Part shown: positions 25,062 through 35,563 of the stretch, in pieces | Position numbering within the stretch: position 1 is the first letter of the stretch | Layout of the letters: each line of letters starts with the position of its first letter | Assembly: GCA_963921275.4 (NCBI GenBank) | Contig: OZ001293.3 | Coordinates: 544,001 to 608,000, forward strand | Direction of reading: 5' to 3' | Origin: an uncultured Hormoscilla sp. | GTDB taxonomy: Bacteria > Cyanobacteriota > Cyanobacteriia > Cyanobacteriales > Desertifilaceae | Length of the DNA: 64,000 bases | Translations under genes and position numbers: made by a program | Notes under the pieces: model-generated | Databases searched by the model: none | What the model saw: the letters and a program-made list of their open reading frames with translations, nothing else | What the model was told of the DNA's origin: nothing

Positions 25062-25466
25062 GAATTACCGGGAGGTGGGTATTGCGGTCCTACCCGAAAA
25101 TAACTCCAATACTAGCGTCGGTCCCCTGGTGGTTGTCCAGAATTTTGGCTCGCGCTCAAACAACGGCCTACCCTGGTTGTTGGGAGTAGTGTTTGCAGAT
25201 GCTGACGCGCGACAATTTCTACGACAGCGGCGAAGGACTAGGGGGCGTTAATGTCAACATTAGCGGTTCCAATGGTTCCTTTTCTACCAGGACTATGACT
25301 GCTGGTGACTATCAGCAGCAGGTATGGAGTTATTACTCAAGTTGTCAATATCGGGTTTGATAATACTAAACTTGACCTAATGGTTTACGGGGCTCCCTAC
25401 AAATGGTAAAGACTGTAGTCGTCACTACAAACGGCCTCTCACGCTGTCCTCTAGGTAAGACTCGCC

Positions 25467-27317
25467 GTGCAACCCGTTGACTTTACTACCCTAACTGCTG
25501 CTTGTGCTGAACTGCGCGATCGCATGCTGCCCGCCAGACTAGAACAAGTCTATCAGCGCGATCGGCACAATCTGGCCCTAGCATTGCGTACCCTGAGGGG
25601 CCGAAATTGGCTAAATATCTGCTGGCATCCCCAAGCCGCACATATATGCATCGGCGACCCACCGCCGAAAATCCCCGATACCTTTACCTTTAGCGACCAA
25701 CTCCGACATCAACTGCATGGTCTGGCCTGGGTGGCCATTGAACCAGTCGCCCCTTGGGAAAGGGCCTTAGACCTACAATTTGCCAAGCGTCCGGGAGAAC
25801 CAGCCCTCTGGCACCTGTACGTAGAGATCATGGGCAAATACAGTAACGTAATTTTAACCAATCAGCAGAACCAGATCGTCACAGCCGCCCACCAGGTAAG
25901 CGAAGAAAAATCCAGCGTCCGTCCCATTCTCACCGGTCAGCCCTACTCACTGCCACCAGCCCTGACTAATCCTATTCCCAATTTAAGCGAATCTCCCCAA
26001 CACTGGCAAGAGCGAGTGGGATTAGTTCCCGGACAGTTGTGGCGTCAACTGCTCAAATGCTATCGCGGACTGAGTCCAACCCTGGTAAAATCAATGGTCG
26101 CAGCAGCGGGGTTAGAGCCAAATCAACCTACCGATACTCTCACAGATGTAGAGTGGCAGCAATTGTGGAAATGCTGGCAATTCTGGTTGCAGGCCCTAGA
26201 AACAGCGCAATTTCATCCGGGCTGGACAAAAGAGGGATATACTATCATGGGTTGGGGCGCAACGGCACCAGTCCCTTCTACCCATGAATTGCTCGATCGC
26301 TACTATACCAGCCAGTTGAACCGCCAGGAATTCACCCAACTCCGCCATCAACTCCTGCAAAAACTCGATCGCCTCTTAGAAAAGCAGGGTCAAAAAGCCC
26401 TGACATTCTGGGAACGGTTACAGCAATCGGACTCCGCCGACGAGCATCGTCAACAGGCTGACTTGCTGATGGCCTACTTGCAAGAATGGCAACCGGGAAT
26501 GACATCCATTTCCCTGTGCGACTTCCAAACAAATGTACCCATTACCATTCCCCTAGATCCCAAAAAGAATGCTATCCAAAATGCTCAATCCCTTTACAAG
26601 CGTCACCAGAAGCTGAAACGGGCCCGCAGTGCAGTTGAACCATTATTCAACCAAGTGAAGGTAGAAATTGAGTATCTCGAACTGGTGAAAGCTACCGTCT
26701 GGCAACTGGATAGCTACGAGGCTAAGGAAGATTTACAAACTCTAGCAGAAATTCGCGAAGAGTTAATCGGTCAGGGATATTTGGACAAGTCCGAACAGCC
26801 CCGCCTTCGATGCCTTCGGGATGCTAGCGGCTGCGCAGCCGCTGCGCTAACGCAAAAACCTACGATGCCCGAGGGGAGCGCTAGTCGCACTACCCCTCGG
26901 GCATCGCTCAGGCATCGACGCCATACTGATACTTCTGTTCCTTATCGTTTCCAGACACCCAGCGGTTTTGAACTGTTAATCGGTCGCAACAACCGGCAGA
27001 ATGACCAGATCTCTTTTCGGATCGCCAATGACTATGACCTCTGGTTTCACACCCAAGAAATTCCTGGTAGTCACGTGCTCATGCGGTTACAACCTGGTAA
27101 ACTACCCGATGACGTGGATTTGCAATTTGCCGCCGACCTGGCAGGGTATTATAGTCAGGGACGCCAGAGCGATCGGGTGCCGGTGGTGTACACAGCCCCC
27201 AAGCATGTTTATAAACCCAAGGGCGCCAAACCTGGTATGGTCATCTACAAGCAAGAGACTGTCCTCTGGGGGCGGCCCCAACAGGCGAGCGGGCGAGCGG
27301 TGATTGAAAAGATATAA
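25467..27317 (+). CDS. rqcH: NFACT/RqcH (FbpA) ribosome quality-control protein with a 36-aa in-frame insert
   Basis: MQPVDFTTL, EIMGKYSN, NAQSLYK, GRNNRQND and WFHTQEIPGSHV motifs. Confidence 0.9.
   Translation: MQPVDFTTLTAACAELRDRMLPARLEQVYQRDRHNLALALRTLRGRNWLNICWHPQAAHICIGDPPPKIPDTFTFSDQLRHQLHGLAWVAIEPVAPWERALDLQFAKRPGEPALWHLYVEIMGKYSNVILTNQQNQIVTAAHQVSEEKSSVRPILTGQPYSLPPALTNPIPNLSESPQHWQERVGLVPGQLWRQLLKCYRGLSPTLVKSMVAAAGLEPNQPTDTLTDVEWQQLWKCWQFWLQALETAQFHPGWTKEGYTIMGWGATAPVPSTHELLDRYYTSQLNRQEFTQLRHQLLQKLDRLLEKQGQKALTFWERLQQSDSADEHRQQADLLMAYLQEWQPGMTSISLCDFQTNVPITIPLDPKKNAIQNAQSLYKRHQKLKRARSAVEPLFNQVKVEIEYLELVKATVWQLDSYEAKEDLQTLAEIREELIGQGYLDKSEQPRLRCLRDASGCAAAALTQKPTMPEGSASRTTPRASLRHRRHTDTSVPYRFQTPSGFELLIGRNNRQNDQISFRIANDYDLWFHTQEIPGSHVLMRLQPGKLPDDVDLQFAADLAGYYSQGRQSDRVPVVYTAPKHVYKPKGAKPGMVIYKQETVLWGRPQQASGRAVIEKI
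26809..26916. mobile_element. Composite hairpin mini-element insert (42+24+42 bp), in frame in rqcH
   Basis: Outer GATGCCTTCGGGATGC..GGCATC holds a 24-nt SDR-like piece and a 42-nt GATGCCCGAGGGGAGCGCTAGTCGCACTACCCCTCGGGCATC. Confidence 0.85.
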
Positions 27318-27432
27318 TAGGGCTAATTTATGCTTTAGCTAACATCAGATAAAATCTTTTTATGTAAAGTTCAGAAAATTTATGTAAATTTTTATGACAA
27401 AAAATTAGTGTATGTTGCTACAATATATTTAA

Positions 27433-27543
27433 GGTGATTCCCGGAAAAGAAAATACCTGGATGAACTCCAAAGCACGACGGTACCCGAGAGGAAAGCCAA
27501 ACCTGCATGTCGGATCTTGGTACCTTTTTTTTCAGAAATCACC
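27433..27543. mobile_element. 111-bp MITE with TAA target duplication
   Basis: TIR GGTGATT../..AATCACC flanked by TAA; absent at the homologous site in the duplicate (~62410). Confidence 0.8.
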
Positions 27544-27915
27544 TAAGAGAAAAAAAAGTTAAACATTTACCCGCCTACGCCTTGGGAAGCGCAGTTCGGG
27601 TTTCCTCTCTCCGACAACTGATCGACAACTTTGACCAAGACCAGCGATAATATAGCTGGTCTTGGTTTATTGTGCTTGACATGAGGCGGTTTGCATTCCG
27701 ATGAGGTACAGACGCACATTAGATAGCCGGTGAAGACTAGATATGGATGTACTCCACGAGGATGAAAACCACTATAAATGCGTTGACGGGAGCGCGATCG
27801 CCTCTCATACTGTTATAATGGCTACAGTTGCGGAGCTCCTGGTCAAAATCCCTATGTTGACCGAGCAAAAACACCTGTAACGAGCAAAAAGCGTCAGTAG
27901 ATACTATAGAGTAAA

Positions 27916-28641
27916 ATGATCAATCAATATACAAATATTACTGAGTATTACGACTTGTGGGTAAATTCTGGTTACTACGACTACCAAATCCTCGCTTCCG
28001 AAGCACACTCAATTGTGGGGAATGGTCGTGAGGTGCTTGAGTTAGGCGTAGGAACGGGACTACTGGCAGAAAAGTACATTGAGATTGACCCAACATGCGA
28101 GTTTACGGGAGTTTATTTTACTGCATCCATGCTGGAGATTGCCAAGAAACGGTTGGGAGATACATTTAAATTGATAGAAGCAGATGCTGTAACAATGGAC
28201 TTAAACGCAACCTTCGATGTAGCGATATCTAATGGAGGAGTGTGGGGAATTCTGGATTTGGACGATCGCGATCGATGGGAATTTGGAGGCCACGTTCCCA
28301 GCATTGAAGCCAACCGTCAAGGGTTAACAAACTTAGCTAACCACTTACGAGAAGGAGGATTATTATTGTTACACCTGCAAAAATCACACGAGGACTTTTA
28401 AAAATCCCTACCTAGGGGAATTATTTATTCCCAATTTGTAGAAGAAGGAGAAGATAGGAGTGAATATCATACTTTTTATAAGAATTATAGATTTAAACAA
28501 GATGGAAAAATAATAGCTGAAGAACAGCTATTATTTACCTGCTTTAAACCAGAGATTTCTAGAAAGATGTTAAGCGAAGCAGGATTTGATTTCCAAGACA
28601 CCAGTAATGGCGATCGCTTTGCAATTTATCAAAAGCGGTAG
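27916..28641 (+). pseudogene. Class I SAM-dependent methyltransferase split by TAA at 28399-28401
   Basis: VLELGVGTG motif I; the frame continues after the stop (KSLPRGIIYSQF..FAIYQKR*). Confidence 0.75.
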
Positions 28642-28663
28642 TAAACATATTACCAAAAGAACA

Positions 28664-29447
28664 ATGGGGCAAAGTATTTGGAAATCAACTTTTCTGTTTG
28701 CCGCGAAAAGTATATGGGCAAAGAATTTGCCTCTGAAAAAAAGATTTATGCAGAATTATAATATTCGATGGCGTTGCACATTGAGGGATGATAGCAGCCA
28801 ATTGTTGAAAATTGCTAATTGCTAATTGCTAATTGCCAAGAGTAAATACATCTATTCATGACCAAAAATGACTATCTGGATTAACCTTTGAGTATTAGCA
28901 ATTAGCAACCTTATCATCCCGTCGTTGTGCAACGCCTATTCGATGACTATTTCGATTCAGCTTAGCTGACGAATTAAACCTTTGCCACCAGATGCAAATA
29001 GCTATTTTTCATCACGAACTACACCTATTCGGGATGAAGATACCTGATGACTATGACCAGTTCTCACTCTATATGCAAGTTCTGAATTATGACGCTGTTG
29101 TCGGAACTTACCGAATTGTTCTTCCTAACCCCTCTCTCGGACTACCCATAGAGGAAAGTGGGTTTGACATCAAGCAGTTCGATCCTCATAAGGTCTGCGA
29201 AATGTCACGTCTCGTCCTGCTTAAAGAAAAGCGAGGTAAAATTCCCTTTAGCAAAATAATCTCTTCTGCTTGTAGGGTCGCCAAACAGCATGACGCTTCC
29301 ATTCTATTGGTTGCGATTCTCCCTCGCAATTTTCTCCTATTTAAAAGATATGGCTTCTCACAAGTGGGGCCACCACTCTCGGATCCTTCTGTTGAGTCTA
29401 TTGACACAGAAGAAGCAGTCGTTATCCCAATGCAAATACATGTTTGA
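28664..29447 (+). pseudogene. GNAT-fold N-acyltransferase (AHL-synthase/N-acyl amino acid synthase-like), N-terminus interrupted by a MITE
   Basis: DDYD, VVGTYRIV, LPIE, CEMSRLV and KRYGF; ORF 28992..29447 is the intact part. Confidence 0.65.
28770..28936. mobile_element. 167-bp MITE with 8-bp target duplication
   Basis: TIR GGCGTTGCACA/TGTGCAACGCC; TATTCGAT at 28762-28769 and 28937-28944. Confidence 0.88.
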
Positions 29448-29694
29448 TGGGTGCATCTCAGAATAAAAAATTGAGAATGGAAAATTGAGAATGGAAAATT
29501 AAGAATTGCCCCATTTTTTATTAGTCATTCGCAATTCGCAATTCGTAATTAGCTATTTTCCATTCGCAAATACAAAAGTGAGATGATCCCTCTTTTATTT
29601 CTCTATTTCAGCAATAATCAGAAAGGCCAGCTAGTAGTTAGCAGACAACTGACAACTAACAACTGATAATTGACAACTAACAACTGACCAAATA

Positions 29695-31100
29695 TTAATG
29701 TAGGTCTGATTGCCAGATGCAGATGTAGAGGCGATCGCGCTTAGTTTCCCACTTAATGATGCCTTCAAGGGGACCGAGGGTAAAGGAGTAGTGGGCGGCG
29801 TCTCCTGGGTAGTGCGACTAGCGCTCCCAGGAGACACCGGGGGACTGGCGAGTCCAAACCTGTTGGAGTCCGTGCGATTCGTTCTAGCCTAACGTGGTCA
29901 AACACGGAACGCTAGCCCGGTTTCATTAGCCGGGAACTCTGACCGCATGGGGGTTAAATTCCCCTCCCCCCAGGTACGGGGGTGACACCGGTCCTCGGTG
30001 CTACGAAGCGACATCATCGTGGTGCTAAGCGAGGACTCAAATGTAGGATAACTGGCAGCCTAAGCCGGTGACGCCGCTAGGAAAGATATCCAAGGTTAGA
30101 GCAGGCAAACATGTGCAAGCCTCGTTATAAGGAACCAGCGAAATAAGGCTATATGCGCTGGCCTAAAAAGGAAATGGTAGCTAGTATTAGTTTTAGACTC
30201 TGGCTAATATAGTACTCAAATAGCTCCCGGGGTATAGTGTGGACCTAAAGGTATCGCGAAATGTTGTTAGGGAACGAAGTAACCTCTCGTGTGCTGTCCA
30301 TCAGGACAAGTTAGATGTTAAGCGCAAGCCACGGGGGGAGGGATGGCCCAAGAAGCGAATGCCCGGGGTAATTCCTGGGATAACATCTACAGTAATGTAG
30401 ATGATGCTGGGTAGCCAGCGCTGACGTGGGTCGGTGATACTAGGAAGCTGCTGGAATGAGTAATCCTAAAAAGCCACGGAACTAATCCGAAACGCAAGTG
30501 GAGGATAAGGTATGGATAACTGGTAAAACTGATTTTAAAATGGTGATACTAACGGTTATCAGAACAACCACTCGCTAAACCAGGAAAGGGAAGAAAAGAC
30601 AGGCGGCAAGGGCTAACGGAAGTAATTCCTATTAAGTCTACCTATGAAAAGGGCCTAGTACCCAGTAGCCGGATGCGGTGAAAATCGCAAGTCCGGTTCC
30701 TCAAGGGAGGGTCGGGAAGCGATTCCCGGCTCGACCCCATCCGAGTTGGAGTTCCTGATTTATCTGACAGCCGGACATAGCATCGAAGGTTTTCAGCACC
30801 TCCTGAAAATCAAACTCAGTCACAAAGGAAGCTTCGGTTTGGCGAATCACTCCAGAATTGCCATCAAACAGGAAGCCCAAGCTGACTCGATCGCGAATCA
30901 GTTCATAGAAAACAGCATCTGTATGGGCCAAATAGCCTTTCTCAGTCCCAGTTGGAACGCCAAACATGCGCAGGACATAACTTTTGTGAATTCCTGGTTG
31001 AAATCATGGAATTCCTACGCCGATAGGCATCTGACGACAGACCTGTTCGTGCATCTGCCAAGGAGTTAGTTGCAGTAATGAAGTTTCTTCTACAGGAACT
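29695..31100 (-). pseudogene. Remnant of a conserved cyanobacterial C-terminal domain (often kinase-associated), interrupted by an antisense intron and a hairpin element
   Basis: ..VSLGFLFD..IRQTEASF..QLG|LQQVWTRQS[42 bp]HYSFTLGPLEGIIKW..RLYICIWQSDLH*. Confidence 0.6.
29872..30740 (+). mobile_element. ORF-less group II intron (869 nt), second copy of the twintron inner intron
   Basis: Same length as 23782-24650 with about 3 substitutions seen; DV AGCCGGATGCGGTGAAAATCGCAAGTCCGGTTC. Confidence 0.93.
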
Positions 31101-31172
31101 ACTGCCAGAAAGAAACTGATTAGAACTGATATCACATTGAGAATGCCCCATTAGCAAGTTAGCAGTTCCCAA

Positions 31173-31832
31173 TCACCCTGCTGCCTGACGCTGCTGTTTG
31201 AGATAGGCAAAAACGGACTTATCGCCAATGTCAGGGGGGATGGCTTGCAGGGCCTTGCGCAGGGCAAACACTACAAACCCGACTGCCCAGGTAGCTAGCA
31301 AGACTCGTTCTGCCATGACTGGTAAGACGCCGGTCAGATGTCCTAACAGCAGAATTGGTACTAAGGGAGTCAGCAACTTGGTTTCCAGGCGTGAGAAGCA
31401 AAAGGCTTCCTTAAAGTAAATTCCTGTCAAGGCGGCGAAAGTGAAGCCGATGCCAAATAAAGTGGTTGGGTGGTTGTAGACAGTCAAGGCCAAAGGTTCC
31501 CTGAAGAACAGTACGTACCCGATCGCGGCCAGGACTCCGACGATCCAAAACAGCTGTAGCGCGCGGTGCAGTACTGCCAGATAGATGTGAATGGTAAGTA
31601 AGCTGACGCCTAGGGCTAAACAAAACACTGCATAGAGGGGGGTGATGGCCTTAATAACAGCTGGGGTGCCTCCTTGCCACAGCACTAGGGTACTACCGAT
31701 GGCAAAGCAGAAGGCGGCTATGTTTAAGCCGGTGCGATAGATAATCACGCCCGATCGATCGGCCTCTGTAATAGTAAAGGAGCCAAACTGACCTTGATAG
31801 ATTTCTGGTTCCGATGCTTGCAACTGAGTCAT
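31173..31832 (-). CDS. DUF2301 membrane protein
   Basis: YQGQFGSFTIT, IHIY, FKEAFCF and DIGDKSVF motifs. Confidence 0.85.
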   Translation of the reverse strand: MTQLQASEPEIYQGQFGSFTITEADRSGVIIYRTGLNIAAFCFAIGSTLVLWQGGTPAVIKAITPLYAVFCLALGVSLLTIHIYLAVLHRALQLFWIVGVLAAIGYVLFFREPLALTVYNHPTTLFGIGFTFAALTGIYFKEAFCFSRLETKLLTPLVPILLLGHLTGVLPVMAERVLLATWAVGFVVFALRKALQAIPPDIGDKSVFAYLKQQRQAAG

Positions 31833-32638
31833 AGCTTGCTAGTTGAGATGTCATGAAAATTAACTTCTATCTTATCTTTCCAGTCTAGCTGCAGTTGAGA
31901 TTGAGCATTACCTCCATTGACAGCAATCTCTACCCAGCCATGACTTCCTACCAAGGAGATCGCCTCTAGAGGCGGGCTGTCTGCATAAGTATTGCTACCC
32001 TTAATCACCTGGTTCTCTAATTTAATATACCACTGTTTTGCCCGAACGCAGCTGCCGGGAATATTGGTGATTAAATTACCAAAATGGTCGATATACTGAA
32101 TGCAGCCTGTGATGCTGGTTTCTGTGTGAGTACATGCAAGTAGGGGTAACTGGACTAAAGTTTCTGGGTCGATCGGGTTTCCCAGTTCAACTAGAGGGAC
32201 GCCGCTGGCCAGATGGGCCCCTACGGGGGCGAAGATATCTCTACCGTGAAAGGTACTGCTAGGTGTGGGCGTATGCCAATATTTTGGGTTTGTGAGTTCG
32301 ACCGCTGCTAGCACGGGATTTTCCGCGAGAATGCCGCTGAATAGTCCGTTATCGGGTCCGACCAAATAACAGTCCGACAGGAAAATGGCGATCGCCCTCC
32401 TGCTACTCCCCACTCCGGGATCGACAACAGCGACATGAACGGTCCCGACGGGAAAATAGGGCAGGGCCTCACGCAAGCAGAACCTGGCCGCGAGAATGTT
32501 CTGGGGAGGAATGTTGTGGGTGATATCCACTACTTTTAAACTGGGGTTAATCCGGGCAATTACCCCCTTCATTACCCCTACATAGATGTCACTCAAGCCA
32601 AAATCACTCAGCAAAGTTAAGAAGTGGCGATCATCCAT
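31829..32638 (-). CDS. SAM hydroxide adenosyltransferase / chlorinase-fluorinase (DUF62) family
   Basis: LLSDFG, VVDPGVGS, GPDNG, TFHGRDIF and DHFGN motifs. Confidence 0.92.
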   Translation of the reverse strand: MDDRHFLTLLSDFGLSDIYVGVMKGVIARINPSLKVVDITHNIPPQNILAARFCLREALPYFPVGTVHVAVVDPGVGSSRRAIAIFLSDCYLVGPDNGLFSGILAENPVLAAVELTNPKYWHTPTPSSTFHGRDIFAPVGAHLASGVPLVELGNPIDPETLVQLPLLACTHTETSITGCIQYIDHFGNLITNIPGSCVRAKQWYIKLENQVIKGSNTYADSPPLEAISLVGSHGWVEIAVNGGNAQSQLQLDWKDKIEVNFHDISTSKL

Positions 32639-32810
32639 TAACTTATTTTACCTTAAACAAAAAACTATTTTACAGCATGTTTATATAATACCATTTTGGC
32701 AAAACAATGCTACAAGAGGTGGCGATCATCCATTAACTTATTTTCCTTTAAACAAAGGACTATTTTACAGCATGTTTATATAATACCATTTTGGCAAAAC
32801 AATGCTACAA
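32624..32810. repeat. 95-bp tandem duplication covering the DUF62 start and upstream region
   Basis: 32624-32715 is nearly identical to 32719-32810. Confidence 0.9.
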
Positions 32811-33089
32811 TTAGTTTCAGTATCATCTTTTTAGTCGGTATAACACCGACTGATCGCGCACTGCGCAGCGGAGGGTTCCCGGAGCGTGCCAGCCGTGCGC
32901 TATCGGCCTTTAGGTTTGAACCGGAAGGTGTCGAGTGGGTAGTGTTCAGGAGATGTCCCCGAGGTAGTGCGGTTAACGCTCGCTTTTATCCGCCCGTAGC
33001 GGAGGGGGCCCGGAGCGTGCGCACCAGAAAAATCGGCGCTCCCGGGATATACCTCGACCCCACCGGACATCTCGGGACCACGATAAGTA

Positions 33090-33120
<31 letters not shown>

Positions 33121-33303
33121 GGACAGCAGAAAGCTTGAAATTACCACAGAGCAAGGGTTATAGTATTGTTGAGTTAAAAATAAAATCTAAAAATAATTAT
33201 GCCCTACTACTTACACCTGGTGGCGGGTGAAGTCCTCTTTATGCAGAGGTTGAAAGCAGCCACAGTTCCGGTCTAGCCTGCCGACATAAAAGCCGACTTG
33301 GTT

Positions 33304-33459
33304 ATATAGTAAGCGTGACATGTCAAAGGTAAGGGTGACATGCCATATAGTAATGGTGACATACCATATAGTAATGGTGACATGCCACATAGTAATGGTG
33401 ACATGCCACATAGTAATGGTGACATGTCACATAGTAATGGTGACATGCCACATAGTAAG
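33304..33459. repeat. 21-bp tandem repeat GTGACATGCCACATAGTAATG, about 7 copies
   Basis: Directly visible; no spacers between units. Confidence 0.9.
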
Positions 33460-33897
33460 AAAGTACTTCTATGTTGGAGTATGTTTCAGTGTAGGGGTGC
33501 GCCATATATGTCTAGATATAATAAAAAGCTGGACAGCTGCGGCCCTTATAGATAAAGGACGTATCTAATTTTGATCATCCTGAGATAAAATGCTTAGATC
33601 GGCTTTTTATGACTGCCAGACGGGTGTAGTCATGGGTCAGTTAGTTTCAGGGGCAGCGGCAACTGTAGCATTGTTTTTCCAAAATGGTATAAGAGGCAGA
33701 AACTGGAGTTTGCGAAATGACAGCTGTGCCCAAGGTAGATTCACTTAAGGAAAAACCGAAAGGTTCTCATGAAATCCTTATGAGGCATCTACTATGAATT
33801 ACAAATTTATCAAGAATTTAACCGCTTCTAAAAATCTCTGCATATCTAGGCAAACAGCCCAGCCACGCTTTGATCCAAGTCCACAGTGTAACTTCGC

Positions 33898-35390
33898 TTA
33901 ACTAGAAGTGCATTTACGCTTGGTATGGTTTCCCCTGCAAGCGGGATCCACCAATTCCTTGACCTCTAGTCCCCAGTTAGAGACGCTATAAAAAGAATGT
34001 CGATTCTTAATCTTAGTGCAAGACTTTAGCAATTTATTCAGTTGATACCAGAGGCTCCATACGTGCTTTCCAGACTTCACATCTAGATAGGCGGTTATGG
34101 AGCTTGGTAGTTTTTCTGACAATTTCATTCCTCGCCTAGCCACGGCAAGAGCCGCAGCCTCATCGCTAGCCAATCCATACTGGCGAGCAAATTTAATCAA
34201 ACCAATCAGGCTGGTGTAAGCGGGATTTATTTTTAGTAAATAAATCACTCGGTTACTAAGAATACTTTCAAGTAGCTGGTAAAAGCGACTGTAAGCCCAG
34301 CCAGAAAGCATTCGAGCATATTTACTACCACATTCTCTCAACTGCTCTTTTTTCCTAGAAAAATCTAGATTTTCGCAGATGATTGGACATCTCCGTTAGC
34401 CAAAGTTGCCAATTGCAAGCAAGCATTGACAATCTAAGCATCCTGCTGACCGTGAAGCCATCCCATTTGCAGTGGAATCTGACCTTTGGCTTTCATCCCA
34501 TCTGGATCTACATACGCCCATCCGATCGAGCCGGGGTTCATGTCAATCCCGATGCAGCCGTAAGCTGAATGTTGCGACACGCGCTTAACCGGCGTTGGTG
34601 TAAATTGTACCGCAGCATTCCATTTACCATGCTTTCGGTAAAAATGCCAGCTTTTTGCTCCTGCCTGCGACAGTCTGTTTATTTTCCGATCAAACCCACC
34701 TAATTTAGTCGTGACATACTTACCAAACCGGTCCTTTAAGCAAGCGGGAACTCTAAACTTTATGTACTCTCCATTCCACTGGCAAACCTGATTTACCAAT
34801 TTTTCTGATGAACTGCCGACTACGAAACACTGACTGTGGGGCACTTTCACCTGAATAGGTTTTAATTTTAGATAGCTTATTTTTCGTTCTAGCAGACAGG
34901 ATTTCCGCTTCTTTTGGTGAATTTGAAAGCGTAAGTGCTGCCAAGAAGTATTGCGGTACTGTAACGAACTGGCGAGCGGGGATGTGCAGCCTGTCTTAGA
35001 GTGCTGCCAGTCTTTCTGACTGTAGAACTTCCGGGCTAATTTTAATTTTCTCTCAGCCTTGCGAATCCATTCTTGAGTTGATTTCAGCTTACCTTGCAGT
35101 TGCTTTATATGGTTTTGTCTACATTCTTTGGCTGACGATACCTGACCAATCGCATCTGCGATTACGCCGCCAGCATGACGCTTATTAATCAGGTAAGTCT
35201 GCTGCAAATGAGTATTCCATTGAGATTTATTAAAAGATTCGTTACTACACAGATGATTGACCGTCTCGCATACGGCTTGACGGTAAATGAGAGCATAAGA
35301 AGTCAAGAACATCTCAAATTGCGTAAATCCAAGGAAGTTCAATTCCTCTGCTGGGGTAGGTAGTCCTTTAGTATAGGTGAGAATAGCCAT
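33898..35390 (-). mobile_element. IS200/IS605-associated TnpB-related nuclease pseudogene
   Basis: RuvC-like GIDMN, ICENLDF, INPAYTS and SDEAAALAVARRG; TAG at 34434 plus a frameshift near 34390. Confidence 0.8.
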
Positions 35391-35563
35391 ACTATGATTA
35401 TACCCGCTTGCAGCAGATAAATTACATCCAATTATCCAATTATCTCGGCATAATACTAATATTTGCCCAGATATACCGATAAATTTGGTAACTGTTACTA
35501 GCCCCCTTCAGCTCGGAAAACTGCTGCGATCGCGGTCGGTTTAGCCAATACTGTTCACGCTGG

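Larger units (their letters stand above)
21749..25409 (+). pseudogene. RTX / Calx-beta / CAP (SCP) domain secreted protein, disrupted by frameshifts, hairpin elements and a twintron
   Basis: RTX nonamers, Calx-beta, LAWSEELHDAA..H, ENIF, and HRNIMMS|RNYREVGI across the twintron. Confidence 0.8.

Noticed and set aside
31829..32638. True halogenase (chlorinase/fluorinase) of a natural-product cluster
   Set aside because: Typical DUF62 hydrolase-type motifs (TFHGRD) and a housekeeping neighbourhood; no biosynthetic genes adjacent
33304..33459. CRISPR array next to a TnpB/Cas12-like gene
   Set aside because: Units are contiguous 21-mers with no unique spacers, and there are no cas genes
33211..33568. 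ORFs with HIVMVTC / PHSNGDM repeats as real proteins
   Set aside because: They are open in several frames only because the 21-bp unit lacks stops there; no other coding evidence
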